A DNA stretch of 64,000 nt from a bacterium (GTDB lineage Bacteria > Myxococcota_A > UBA9160 > UBA4427), in contig JANOFF010000155.1 of the NCBI GenBank assembly GCA_031413515.1, positions 117 through 64,116 of the forward strand. The letters run 5' to 3'. Both the position numbers and the translations under genes were made by a program. Positions 34,747 to 44,199 of this stretch are shown piece by piece. Under the pieces are notes generated by a model, which did not search any database, had not been told where the DNA came from, and was given only the letters and a program-made list of their open reading frames with translations. Position 1 is the stretch's first letter. The number at the start of each line of letters is the position of its first letter.

Positions 34747-36480
34747 GTGCGGCTGATCGGCATGCTGCTCGCGCTGCTCGCGCCGTATGCCGCACACTCG
34801 GATGCCTGGGATGAGTCGCGAGCGCGTCTGATCGATCCGCTCAACGCGGCGCTGCATCGCCATTGGCCCGCGGAACTGAAGAACCGGAACATCGACGCGC
34901 TGCTCCGCCTCTACTCGACCGAGACGGGGACGGGGATCACGTGGCAGGATCCGGAGCGGGTCGAGAGCCCGGGCACCGAGCCGACGCTGCGCTGGTCGAC
35001 TGCGCCGGGTGAACGGGGCGAGCGGAGCGACGAGTCGATCCGCGACCGATACACGAAGTTGCTCGAATACTTCGAATCGATCGACAAAGCCGAACTGCGC
35101 ATCGAGCGGGTCGATTGGCGCCACCCCGGGCCTCTCGGCCACCGGGCGACCGTGCACGCGGTCATCAAGGGCACGAGTCCCGAGGGCGAACTCCGGCAGA
35201 TGGAGCAGTGGGCCACGCTGTACGTCCGCTTCTTCGATCCCTTCTGGGAGATCACCTCTGAAGAAGTCACCGGTCGTACGATGGTGACGCGCGCGACTCC
35301 GCGGTTCACGTACCGGACCGACGCTGCCGGGATCGAGAACGTGCACGCGAACGTCGCGTCCCCGCCGTTCCGGTTGTTCGGCAAGAACGACGACAATCCC
35401 GTCCGTCAGGCGTCGGGTGTGGCGGTGGGTGACGCCGACGGTGATGGCTGTGAGGATCTCGTTCTCGCGGGCAGCCCATTGCTTTCCTTCCATCGCAGCC
35501 GCTGCGATGGCACCTATGAAGACGCCACCGCCTCCTCAGGGCTCCCCTTCCCCTATCCCGCAGCGGCTTCCGGCGTGGTCTTCTTCGACTACGACAACGA
35601 TGGAAGGCAGGATCTTTTCGTCACCGCGGTCAAGGGCGGCGATCGTCTGTTCCGCAATGTGTCGGAGGTGGACTCTCGCGATGGGACGCGCCGCGCCTGG
35701 CAGTTCGTCGACGTGACCGGGCAAGCGGGTCTCGAGCCCGGTCGATGGGGCAGCATGCCCGTCATCGCGGACTACGATCGCGACGGATATCTCGATGTGT
35801 ACGTCTCGCGCATGGGCGACCACGAGCACACCGCGCCGCGCCCGCCCTATGACGCGCGTAACGGCGTGCGCGGAACGCTGTTGCGCAATCGCGGAGACGG
35901 CACGTTCGAAGACGTTTCCCGTGCGGCCGGTGTCGACAGTCCGGGTTGGGACATGGCCGCTGCGTGGGGGGACTACACGGGAGATGGCTGGCCCGACCTC
36001 TACGTCGCCAACGAGTTCGGCAACAACCGCCTGTTTCGCAACGAGCAAGACGGGACGTTCACGGATCAGACCGCCGTCGCGGGAGTCGAGGATGGCGGCT
36101 CGGCGATGGGGACGTCATGGGGAGACGTCGATGGCGATGGTGATCTCGACCTCTTCGTCTCCGGGATGCACGCCAACTCGGGGTGGACGCTCTTCCATCC
36201 CGATTTTCCGATGCCGATCCCTTGGTACTACCGGTTCCTCGGTCGCTTCACCGACGCCGTGCAGATCCAGTCCGACATCCTCACCGACCGGCTTTCCCGG
36301 GGCAGCGCGCTGTTCATGAATGCTGGCGACGGGACATTCGCCGACATCAGCGACAGCGCGGGTATCCGCGATGGTCAGTGGGGCTGGGGAAGTGCGTTCC
36401 TCGACTACGACAACGACGGCGATCTCGATCTCTATGCGGTGAACGGGTTCGTGACCGGACCCATAGAAGACGACGTTTGA
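34747..36480 (+). CDS. CRTAC1-family FG-GAP/VCBS repeat protein, N-terminal 578 codons (ends at in-frame TGA)
   Basis: GTG 34747 gives the signal peptide VRLIGMLLALLAPYAAHS (ORF opens at 34702; ATG at 34762). Repeated DxDxDGxxD Ca-binding FG-GAP motifs (GDADGDGCEDL, DYDNDGRQDL, DYDRDGYLDV, GDVDGDGDLDL, DYDNDGDLDL). Confidence 0.8.
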   Translation: MRLIGMLLALLAPYAAHSDAWDESRARLIDPLNAALHRHWPAELKNRNIDALLRLYSTETGTGITWQDPERVESPGTEPTLRWSTAPGERGERSDESIRDRYTKLLEYFESIDKAELRIERVDWRHPGPLGHRATVHAVIKGTSPEGELRQMEQWATLYVRFFDPFWEITSEEVTGRTMVTRATPRFTYRTDAAGIENVHANVASPPFRLFGKNDDNPVRQASGVAVGDADGDGCEDLVLAGSPLLSFHRSRCDGTYEDATASSGLPFPYPAAASGVVFFDYDNDGRQDLFVTAVKGGDRLFRNVSEVDSRDGTRRAWQFVDVTGQAGLEPGRWGSMPVIADYDRDGYLDVYVSRMGDHEHTAPRPPYDARNGVRGTLLRNRGDGTFEDVSRAAGVDSPGWDMAAAWGDYTGDGWPDLYVANEFGNNRLFRNEQDGTFTDQTAVAGVEDGGSAMGTSWGDVDGDGDLDLFVSGMHANSGWTLFHPDFPMPIPWYYRFLGRFTDAVQIQSDILTDRLSRGSALFMNAGDGTFADISDSAGIRDGQWGWGSAFLDYDNDGDLDLYAVNGFVTGPIEDDV

Positions 36481-36486
36481 CTCGAG

Positions 36487-37071
36487 ATGATGGAAGGCGT
36501 CGGTCGACGCCTCGGATCGCGAACCGGATTCCTGCTCGACATTGGCACCCACAGCCTGAATGGCCGTGAGCGCAACGTCCTGTTCCGCAACGACTCCGGT
36601 ACAGCGAGCGAAGGCATCACATTCACCGAGGTCGCCTGGGTGAACGGAGCCGATCGGATCGAGGACGGGCGTGGGCTCGCTGTCCTCGATGCCGATCAGG
36701 ACGGGCATCTCGACCTCGCACTCCGCAATTATCGGATGCCGGCCGGTCTGCTGATCAACGGCTCGGACGGCGGGCACTGGATCGGCTTCGAACTCGAGGG
36801 TTCGAGCTCGAACCGCGATGCGATCGGCGCGCGCATCCGGGTGCGGACGTCCGAGCATTGGCAGTCGAGGGAAGTGGCCGCGGGTGGTGGATACCTGTCG
36901 GGAAGCAGCTTGCGACAACACTTCGGCCTCGGAGCCCGATCCCGGGTCGACGAGGTGTTGATCGATTGGCCGTCGGGTGAGCAGACTCGGCTGCTCGATC
37001 TCGACCTCGATCGGATCCATGCGATCAAGGAAGCCGGCGGCCACGCGAAGGCCTCTGACCAGCAGCCCTGA
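36487..37071 (+). CDS. ASPIC/UnbV C-terminal domain segment, same reading frame as the preceding ORF
   Basis: 194 aa. RERNVLFRN, one more FG-GAP (DADQDGHLDL), then an UnbV/ASPIC block (NRDAIGARIRV...GGGYLSGSS..HFGLG). No Shine-Dalgarno before ATG 36487. Separated from the upstream ORF only by TGA 36478-36480 plus two codons. Confidence 0.7.
   Translation: MMEGVGRRLGSRTGFLLDIGTHSLNGRERNVLFRNDSGTASEGITFTEVAWVNGADRIEDGRGLAVLDADQDGHLDLALRNYRMPAGLLINGSDGGHWIGFELEGSSSNRDAIGARIRVRTSEHWQSREVAAGGGYLSGSSLRQHFGLGARSRVDEVLIDWPSGEQTRLLDLDLDRIHAIKEAGGHAKASDQQP
36489..36518 (+). other. SECIS-like stem-loop 3' of the in-frame TGA
   Basis: Upper stem 36495-36501 / 36506-36512 (AGGCGTC / GACGCCT, 7 bp). Apical loop GGTC (36502-36505). 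A at 36494 is bulged. Lower stem GAT / ATC (36489-36491 / 36516-36518). Confidence 0.3.
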
Positions 37072-37074
37072 CGC

Positions 37075-37089
37075 CCCGGAACTTCCGGG
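37075..37089. terminator. short palindromic hairpin between convergent genes
   Basis: CCCGGAA-C-TTCCGGG lies between the CRTAC1 stop (37071) and the CLF stop (37092). No clear T-tract. Confidence 0.25.
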
Positions 37090-37091
37090 AT

Positions 37092-37859
37092 TCAGCCGAC
37101 GATGTCGTGGTCGAGACACCAGACCGGTTCGCGTGGGTCGCCCGCGAACTCGAGTGCGACGGTACCCGTTCGTTGCTCGACGATGTGTTCGATCAGGGGC
37201 ACCGCGGCCGCCACGTGAAGGGATCCGAACGGCGCCCGCAGCGCCACCGGATCCACGTTCGCACGCCGGATCCGGCTCAGCACGGAGGTCGCTCCTTCGG
37301 GTCTCGGCGAGAGCAGCAGCGACAGTGCGAGTGGGACGCTCGAATCCGGCAGCTCGAATGGCGGTAGCAGCGGCTCGTCGGCGATCACGAGGATCACGTC
37401 GCGATCCCAAGCTTCGAGCATGCACGCCGCCTCGATGATCGCTGAGGCAACGAGTTCGGCACCGCCGGTGAGGGTCGTGGACGGCGAGCGGTTGCCCGTC
37501 GCGATCGACGCGTAACCGCTCGCGGTGTTGTGCACCGAGTTGTGGAACTTGGTCGGAGACAGCTTGCCTTCACCGTGCTGCATCATCTCGAGCAGTCCGA
37601 TCGCCATCGAATGCTCGCCGTGCGCAGTCGCCCAGACACTCGCCAGCTCGGTCGGATCGGCGTCGCCCATGCGCGCCGCCTGTTGCAGGACTTCGATTCC
37701 CATCCGCGTGAGCGGAGTCGCGCGTCGACGAAGCGCCCCGGCCAGGAGCGGCGCCTCCGGTGTGCTCGCGGTGGCATCGAGGTCCCGTGCGCACCACGCC
37801 TTGGGGTTCGCGTAGCCGGTCGTCCAGAAGCCGACCCCGCGCACGTACACGGGCTTCAT
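37092..37859 (-). CDS. beta-ketoacyl synthase N-terminal-like / chain-length-factor-type protein (ApeC-like)
   Basis: 255 aa from MKPVYVRGVG (ATGA overlap with the KS stop). KS-like fold with no active-site Cys motif. The FHNSVHNTASGY block is typical of APE CLF-like partners. Confidence 0.8.
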   Translation of the reverse strand: MKPVYVRGVGFWTTGYANPKAWCARDLDATASTPEAPLLAGALRRRATPLTRMGIEVLQQAARMGDADPTELASVWATAHGEHSMAIGLLEMMQHGEGKLSPTKFHNSVHNTASGYASIATGNRSPSTTLTGGAELVASAIIEAACMLEAWDRDVILVIADEPLLPPFELPDSSVPLALSLLLSPRPEGATSVLSRIRRANVDPVALRAPFGSLHVAAAVPLIEHIVEQRTGTVALEFAGDPREPVWCLDHDIVG

Positions 37860-39040
37860 CGGTCGGCTCCGAAGACGAGGCTCACGTTGCTGCCGCCAAA
37901 TGCGAACGAGTTGCTGAGACCGACGTGAAGGTTCCGCTCGCACACACTCGTCGGCACGTTGAGTCCGAGGCCCGGCTCGAGCGGATCGGCACCGACGCTC
38001 GCGGGCGTCCAGCCACCGCGCAGGGCTTCGAGGACGAATATCGCTTCCATCGATCCGGCCGCTCCGAGCGTATGACCGACGTAGCCCTTGGTCGAGACCA
38101 CGATCGGGTCCGCGTCCGGTCCGAGTGCCGTGCGGATCGCCCGGGCCTCCATCGCATCATTGAACTGGGTTCCAGTGCCGTGGGCATTCAGATAATCGAC
38201 GGATCCGGGTGCGACTCCGGCATCGGCCAGCGCAGCCCGCATGGCCGCCGCCGCGCCATGGCCCTCGGGATCCGGTGTGGTCATGTGGTGCGCGTCCGAA
38301 CTCTCTCCGACACCGAGCAGTCTCGGCCCGTCGCCCCTGCGTTCGAGCAGCGCGAACGCAGATCCTTCACCGATGTTGATGCCGCAGCGTTCGCTGCTGA
38401 ACGGGCGCGACGGTCCCTCGGACAGGAGACCCAGTGAACGGAATCCTCGCAGGGTGAGCTGACAAAGACTGTCGGCACCACCGACCAGGACCGCATCCAC
38501 CAGATCGGCGTCGAGCCAGCGCTTCGCACTCGCGAACACTTTGCCGCTGGACGCACAGGCATTCGACACGACAGCCGCAGGACCAGTCGCACCCGTCAAT
38601 GCGCGCAGCGCGCGAATCAGTCCGTCCGCTGAGCCACGGGACAGCACGTCGAAGCCGGCGGGAATCGAGCCGGTCCGTGCGTGAGCGGTGAAGGCCGCCT
38701 CGATCTCGTCCATGGCCGCGGTACTCGATCCCACGCAGATCCCCACGCGCTGCGCGCCCCAGCGTGCGAGTGCGCCGACCAGGTGATCGGACATCTCGCC
38801 GAGTGCGCGTTGCACGAAGCGGTTGTTGCGCGAGTCGAAGGCGGCGAGTCGGCCTTCGAGCGGCGGAAGGTCCGCGGTGACCACTCCGCACGCTGTCACG
38901 AAGCCGGTGCCTTCGGGCGGCGCGGAGAGCGCCGGTCGGCCGCGGCGAAGGCCGGCCATCACCTCTGCCGTGGTGGTTCCGAGCGAGTTGACGATCGACC
39001 AGCTCGTGACCGGATAGCCGATTGTTCCGCGATCACCCAC
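37856..39040 (-). CDS. beta-ketoacyl-ACP synthase (FabB/F-like, ApeO-like)
   Basis: 394 aa with a GTG start. Active-site NACASS Cys, HMTTP and NAHGTGT His residues, and C-terminal NSFAFGGSN. Confidence 0.9.
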   Translation of the reverse strand: MGDRGTIGYPVTSWSIVNSLGTTTAEVMAGLRRGRPALSAPPEGTGFVTACGVVTADLPPLEGRLAAFDSRNNRFVQRALGEMSDHLVGALARWGAQRVGICVGSSTAAMDEIEAAFTAHARTGSIPAGFDVLSRGSADGLIRALRALTGATGPAAVVSNACASSGKVFASAKRWLDADLVDAVLVGGADSLCQLTLRGFRSLGLLSEGPSRPFSSERCGINIGEGSAFALLERRGDGPRLLGVGESSDAHHMTTPDPEGHGAAAAMRAALADAGVAPGSVDYLNAHGTGTQFNDAMEARAIRTALGPDADPIVVSTKGYVGHTLGAAGSMEAIFVLEALRGGWTPASVGADPLEPGLGLNVPTSVCERNLHVGLSNSFAFGGSNVSLVFGADR

Positions 39041-39127
39041 GCAACCCGATCCCTTCGTTGGCCGCCAAGGCTCGCGTGCAGGTCCTGCACCGATCGACGA
39101 AGCCAGCCCGCAACCCGAGAAGGGCCG

Positions 39128-39799
39128 TCAACGCGATCCTCCCTCCGGTTTCGTGTCGTGCTTCGCGGGCCCCTCTTCGTCGAGGATCACGATGGAAGCG
39201 TCGTACCCGCACCATTCGTTCTGGATCTCGATGCGCCCGCTGCGGTCGGTCGCCGGCGGCGGAGAGTAGTTGATCGTGACACCCACGACAGCCGGGGCGG
39301 GATCGGTCCGGATGAACTCGCGCCTCCGTCGATCGCCGCTGCGTGATTCACGCAGCGTCTCGCCGGCCCATTCCGTATCCCGCACCGTGTCGGCCTGGAC
39401 GGCGCTCGCGGGCTCGATCCAATGGCTCCGATACAGCGCGTCCACCACCCAGAGGGCGACGTGTCGAAGCATTGGCGAAGGCGTCGGCTCGACCTGGAAG
39501 TCCCGATCGATCTGGCGCACTGCGAAGAGCCGCGCTCCGGTCGGTGAGAGCCCGACGACGATCAACTGATCCTGATGCGCGCGGGCGACGATGTCGAAGC
39601 CGACGCGCTTCCCGTGACTCCGGATCTCGATCTGCGCGCGCAGGTTGGCCTCGTCGCCGAGCAACTGACTGGCGACAGGCACCACCGGGCATCCCGGCTC
39701 GCCAGTCGGCGGGATCCCGGTCGCGCACCCGGAAAGGCACGAGAACAAGAGCACTCCGACCCACAGGAGGCCATGCGGCCGCGATCCGACGACACTCAT
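39128..39799 (-). CDS. lipoprotein of the DUF3261 type found in APE clusters (ApeN-like)
   Basis: Start at MSVVGSRPHGLLWVGVLLFSCLSGC (lipobox), with ATGA overlap to the MMPL stop. Position between MMPL and KS matches APE synteny. Confidence 0.65.
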   Translation of the reverse strand: MSVVGSRPHGLLWVGVLLFSCLSGCATGIPPTGEPGCPVVPVASQLLGDEANLRAQIEIRSHGKRVGFDIVARAHQDQLIVVGLSPTGARLFAVRQIDRDFQVEPTPSPMLRHVALWVVDALYRSHWIEPASAVQADTVRDTEWAGETLRESRSGDRRRREFIRTDPAPAVVGVTINYSPPPATDRSGRIEIQNEWCGYDASIVILDEEGPAKHDTKPEGGSR

Positions 39800-42123
39800 G
39801 CGCGTCTCGCCAGACCGAGGACCGGAATCGCGATCACGAGCGCGAGCAGCACACCGAGACCCGTCGTCAGACCTATGGACCTGAGGATCGGCTGCGACGA
39901 CAGCGCGAGCACACCGAACACTGCCACCGAAGTGAGACACGAGAGCAGCAGGCTGGAGAGCATCGCGCCCAGTCTTTCGTCATCGTGTGCGGTATCCACG
40001 GCGAAGACCCCGTAGTCCACACCCATTCCCAGGACGACCAGCAGGCTGATGCTCGACACCACGTTCACCGGGGTGCCCAGCAAACCGAAGAGTCCGAGTG
40101 TCGTTGCGGCACCGAGCATCGCGGGTGTGAACGCAAGCAGTCCACGCGTCGTGCTCCTGTACCGGACCAGAAGCAAGGCCAAGATCACGACGGCGCCGAT
40201 GAGAAGGGTCCGCACGGTCGAACGGCGGATCCCCTCGTAGATGCCCGTCATGATCTCCTGCTGATCCACGTAGTACGCGCCCTCCAGTCCGGCCAGCGCA
40301 GACTCGATCGCGGTTCCGGAGCGGACGCCCCGCAGCAGGGTGACCACACCGACGTCGCCGTCGAGTTCGACGAGCGAGGCGAGCACTCGCCGAAGCGGGG
40401 AATCCTCGAGATCCTCGGGCAGCAAGGGGCCGACGTCCGGTGAACGGACGGCGTCGGTGAACGGGACGAAAGCCTCGGGCCTGAACCCGGCGGTCGAGTA
40501 GGCGACGTCGATCCGTGCCGCGAGATCCGGTTCGGCCTGGAGCGCGGCGAGATTGCGTTGCTGCAGCGCATTCGAGAACAAGAATGTCCGCAACGACCCG
40601 ATGCCCTCGAGAGCCCCTGTGCCGACGATCGGATCGAGTCGGTCGGCGATCTGCTCGTTCAGGACCAATGCCGCTTCGCGATCCGCTGCGACTCCGACGA
40701 CGAAGCGCCCGCCGTCGAACTCCCCGATCCGTTTCTGTACGCGGCTGGCCTCCGCGAGAACCGCCGCATCCATCTCCATGAACCTGGACGGATCATCCAC
40801 CCAGTGCAGCCGCGGGATTCCCACGGCTGCGATCGCCAGAAACAGGATCAATGATGCGTAGAGGGGACCCTGCCGCTGCCCGGTCCAAGTCGTCAGACGG
40901 ACCAGTGACGACGAGAGGGCGAGCTGGATCGCGGTCGGAGACACGGGATTGCGAAGGAAGGCCGGCAGGCCCAGAAAGGTGAGGACGAGCGTGACGGCCA
41001 CGCCGATCGCCGTGAAGGTCCCCATCTCACCGAGCCCCGGAAACGAGCTCATGGACAGCGACAAGAAGGCGAGCGAGGTCGTCACGCCGGACACGATCAG
41101 CGACTTCCGGATCGTGGCAAGAGTCTCGCGAGGCGATCTTCCCCCGGTCGACAGCGCGTGATGGTTCATGAGATGGATCGGGTAGTCGATCGCCACGCCG
41201 ATCAGCACGAAGCCGAACGCCAGCGTGATGCCGTGGACCTCGTCCGATCGCGTGATGTCGACGGTGAGTGCGGCCAGGAACCCGATCAGCGGCGTGACGA
41301 TCGCGATCAGCAAGTGGCGGAGCGAGCGGAACACGATGAGGAACAGAGCGCAGACGACGGTGGTCGAGAGGGTCGACATCGAGTTGACGTCGGTCCGCAC
41401 GCTCTTCTCGGCGGCGACCGAGAACAGATTGATGCCGCTCCGCTCGAGGACGACTCCACCGCCATGCTGCGTGCTGAGACTGGCGAACTCCGAATCGACG
41501 AGCTCGATCAGCCCGACCTGTCGGGCTGAATCGAACGGTGAGGATCGCAACCCGATCTGGAGAATCGTCCAGCCCCGACCATCCGACTCGACGATCTGCC
41601 CGGACGATCGAAACGCTCGCGCGCGATCGATGATCCGGCCGAAGAGATCGAGCGGGTCGCGCGAGGCGAGTCGTGAAACCAGCATCGCGTCCGGGCCGGT
41701 GAGGCGCTCACGCAGACGCGCGGCATTCGCGTCGAGAGCGCTCGGGGCGAACAGCAGCGGAACCTCGACTTCCGGATGCTCCGAAGCAAAGTAGACGAGT
41801 CGATCGAAGTACAGATCGTGGATCGCGACGAGGTCGTCTGCGTCGAGTTCTTCTTCGACCCACGCCACCTCGGGATGGGCGCGCACCCGTGAGGCGAGTT
41901 CGCGCGAGACGAGCTCGCGTTCCGGACCGCCTTCGATCGCAAGGACCATCCGACGGGTCAGGGGCGAATCGACCAGGTCGAGCGAGAGCTGGACCAGCCG
42001 GGCGTCCACGTGGGCGGGAATGAAATGCGTGATCGAACCGGTCAGCTCGAGGTTCCGCGCGCAGTAGAGGCCGAGCGCGGCGAGCAACGCCAATGTCAGG
42101 ATCCGGATGCTTCGATCACTCAT
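39796..42123 (-). CDS. MMPL/RND-superfamily exporter (ApeM-like)
   Basis: 775 aa from MSDRSIRIL (cat 42121-42123). Two 5-6 TM bundles separated by large periplasmic loops. Confidence 0.85.
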   Translation of the reverse strand: MSDRSIRILTLALLAALGLYCARNLELTGSITHFIPAHVDARLVQLSLDLVDSPLTRRMVLAIEGGPERELVSRELASRVRAHPEVAWVEEELDADDLVAIHDLYFDRLVYFASEHPEVEVPLLFAPSALDANAARLRERLTGPDAMLVSRLASRDPLDLFGRIIDRARAFRSSGQIVESDGRGWTILQIGLRSSPFDSARQVGLIELVDSEFASLSTQHGGGVVLERSGINLFSVAAEKSVRTDVNSMSTLSTTVVCALFLIVFRSLRHLLIAIVTPLIGFLAALTVDITRSDEVHGITLAFGFVLIGVAIDYPIHLMNHHALSTGGRSPRETLATIRKSLIVSGVTTSLAFLSLSMSSFPGLGEMGTFTAIGVAVTLVLTFLGLPAFLRNPVSPTAIQLALSSSLVRLTTWTGQRQGPLYASLILFLAIAAVGIPRLHWVDDPSRFMEMDAAVLAEASRVQKRIGEFDGGRFVVGVAADREAALVLNEQIADRLDPIVGTGALEGIGSLRTFLFSNALQQRNLAALQAEPDLAARIDVAYSTAGFRPEAFVPFTDAVRSPDVGPLLPEDLEDSPLRRVLASLVELDGDVGVVTLLRGVRSGTAIESALAGLEGAYYVDQQEIMTGIYEGIRRSTVRTLLIGAVVILALLLVRYRSTTRGLLAFTPAMLGAATTLGLFGLLGTPVNVVSSISLLVVLGMGVDYGVFAVDTAHDDERLGAMLSSLLLSCLTSVAVFGVLALSSQPILRSIGLTTGLGVLLALVIAIPVLGLARRA

Positions 42124-42775
42124 TCGGTTTCTGGGGCGGATCGATCGAGAACACTCCACTGCTCCCATCCGCGTCGAAGTCCAATCCCGTCTCGACGTTC
42201 GAGAACTTCGAGTGTGTGGCATCGCCGTTGGTCTCGAGAGTGTCCATCTCGGTCACCGTCGCCCCGACACCCTTCACGCGGATTCGCACGATGATCGCCC
42301 GCAGATCGGCGGCGCGCGGGTCGAGGTCCAGTTCCCAGGCCTGCCCGTCGGCGTCGAAGCTCAGTTCGTATCGCTCGCGAAGGCCCGGCAGGTCGCCGCG
42401 GAGCAGCACCATGATGTTGCTGATCAGCGTGTAGGCGATGTCGCTCGAACGCAGGTCGACCGAGCGTCGCCCCGTCTCGTCGATCACATCGGCTCGCATC
42501 CCGCGAACCACGGCCGTCGAGTGGCCCGGTTGTGTGGTCACCCGCGCGATCCGATCCGGAGGCGCGAAGTACAGGGTTCCGCGGGATTCGATCGGAGCCG
42601 CGAGGATCGAGATCATCCGCGTCTCGACGAAGTCGGCTCGCACCCCCCCGCTCTGCTGCAGCAGGAGCATCAATGCATCGAGCGACATCGATGTCTGCGG
42701 GGTCTCGTTCGACCCTGCGGACGACGAGATCAGCAGACTCCACATCAAGACGGCGAGTCCGAGGCGTCGCTTCAA
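42116..42775 (-). CDS. LolA-like outer-membrane lipoprotein carrier family protein (ApeL-like)
   Basis: C-terminal 219 aa of ORF 42116..43021. TTG 42775 gives a signal peptide (KRRLGLAVLMWSLLISSSAG). FVETRMISILAAPIESRGTLYFAPPDRIA resembles the LolA fold. Start uncertain. Confidence 0.6.
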   Translation of the reverse strand: MKRRLGLAVLMWSLLISSSAGSNETPQTSMSLDALMLLLQQSGGVRADFVETRMISILAAPIESRGTLYFAPPDRIARVTTQPGHSTAVVRGMRADVIDETGRRSVDLRSSDIAYTLISNIMVLLRGDLPGLRERYELSFDADGQAWELDLDPRAADLRAIIVRIRVKGVGATVTEMDTLETNGDATHSKFSNVETGLDFDADGSSGVFSIDPPQKPNE

Positions 42776-43088
42776 GTGATCCGACTCCTCCGGCTCATGG
42801 ACCGAACCAGCCCCCGAGCTGCTGCCCCCCCTGGGGTCGATGAGCAGAACCGGTTCGGCGGCGCACCGATCCACACCTGGACTCACGGCGAATCGATCGT
42901 TGGAACGCCGACCCGACGAGTGCGAGATGGATCGACGAGATTCGTTGCGGTCGGGGTGTCGAGAGAACGAGCGAGCGAACCGACGGCCGATCGATGTTCG
43001 AAGCCAAGGGACAATCCGCAACCGGGATCGACCAACTACGGAACTCGCTGCAGCAGGTCCGTGAAGCGATCCGCGGGCAGACTAGCGG

Positions 43089-43094
43089 TATAGT
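43089..43094 (+). promoter_or_regulatory. candidate -10 element (TATAGT) for the plus-strand APE operon
   Basis: Near-consensus -10 hexamer, rare in this GC-rich context, 7 nt upstream of GTG 43101. No good -35. Confidence 0.2.
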
Positions 43095-43100
43095 GAATCG

Positions 43101-43943
43101 GTGGAAAGGAGCGTGACATCCGGCCAGGCACACGGTGCCGGGCCCTTCTCGCGTCGCGTCGGCGAAGTCATCCGAAGGGCCGACCGGGCGTGGCGCATCC
43201 TGGCTACGGGTTCTGGATTCGCGATGGCCGGCATCCTCTGCCTCGCACTTGCGGTCGTCGTGATTCCGCTGCTTCGCCTCGGTGCCGGTACCGGTGATCG
43301 CAGTGACGCGCGCGCCCAGTACGCGATGCATCTCACGTTTCGTTTTTTGATCGGGATGCTCGTCTTCACCCGCGTCATGCGACTGCAGACCCACGGTGCC
43401 GAAAGGCTGCGCGAACCGGGTCTTCTCGTGGTCGCCAATCACCCGACCCTGATCGATGCGCTGGTCCTGATGTCCTTCATGCCACAGGCGGACTGTGTGG
43501 TGAAGGCGGGCCACAGCGACAACTTCTGGCTGCGAGGAGTGGTCGAGCGTGCCGGCTACATCCCGAACCTCGACGGGCCGGCACTGGTCGAGGAATGCGC
43601 ACAGCGACTGAGCCGGGGACGCTCGGTGCTGATCTTTCCAGAGGGAACCCGGTCGCCCAGAGATGGCCTCGGACACTTTGCCCGCGGCGCCGCCCATATC
43701 GCTCTGCGCTCAGGTCAGAGCCTTCTTCCTGTGACGCTCCGGTGCGATCCGGCTACGCTCCACCATGGTTTGTCGTGGTGGGAAGTGCCCGAGCGTCGGT
43801 TCGTGGTGACCCTCACCGTGGATGCGCCGATCCCGGTCGAGGGTGTCTCGGAGCGGTCGAGAAACCAGGGTCGCGCGGCACGAGAAGTCACAGCACTTCT
43901 TCGCGAGCATTTCGAGAGGCGATTGGAAATTGTCCGAGCTTGA
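43101..43943 (+). CDS. lysophospholipid/1-acyl-glycerol-3-phosphate acyltransferase family (ApeD-like)
   Basis: HxxxxD (NHPTLID) and FPEGTRS motifs. N-terminal TM helix. GTG start at 43101 or 43113. Confidence 0.85.
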   Translation: MERSVTSGQAHGAGPFSRRVGEVIRRADRAWRILATGSGFAMAGILCLALAVVVIPLLRLGAGTGDRSDARAQYAMHLTFRFLIGMLVFTRVMRLQTHGAERLREPGLLVVANHPTLIDALVLMSFMPQADCVVKAGHSDNFWLRGVVERAGYIPNLDGPALVEECAQRLSRGRSVLIFPEGTRSPRDGLGHFARGAAHIALRSGQSLLPVTLRCDPATLHHGLSWWEVPERRFVVTLTVDAPIPVEGVSERSRNQGRAAREVTALLREHFERRLEIVRA

Positions 43944-44199
43944 AGTCCTGCACGAAGATCTCAAGTCCCTGATCGTCGAAACGCTGATGCTCGAAGATGT
44001 CGCGCCGGCGGACATCGAGACAGAGGCACCGCTTTTCGGTGAGGGCCTCGGACTCGATTCGATCGATTCCCTCGAGATCGCGATGGTGCTCGAGGAGCGG
44101 TACGGCGTGACGCTCGAAGACGATCCCGAGACGAACGTCCAGATCTTCCGATCCGTGGCGAGCCTGGCCAAGTTCGTGGCGGAAAACCGGATCAGATGA
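43930..44199 (+). CDS. acyl carrier protein (APE-type)
   Basis: A TTG at 43930 (GAGAGG 10 nt upstream) overlaps the acyltransferase 3' end. 89 aa. Phosphopantetheine site FGEGLGLDSIDSLE. Confidence 0.8.
   Translation: MSELEVLHEDLKSLIVETLMLEDVAPADIETEAPLFGEGLGLDSIDSLEIAMVLEERYGVTLEDDPETNVQIFRSVASLAKFVAENRIR

Noticed and set aside
36487-37071. Treating the ASPIC/UnbV ORF as an independent gene
   Set aside because: It is in the same frame as the upstream FG-GAP ORF and has no ribosome-binding site. It begins in the middle of the family architecture, and only one stop codon separates the two. It is listed as a separate CDS segment for coordinates only.
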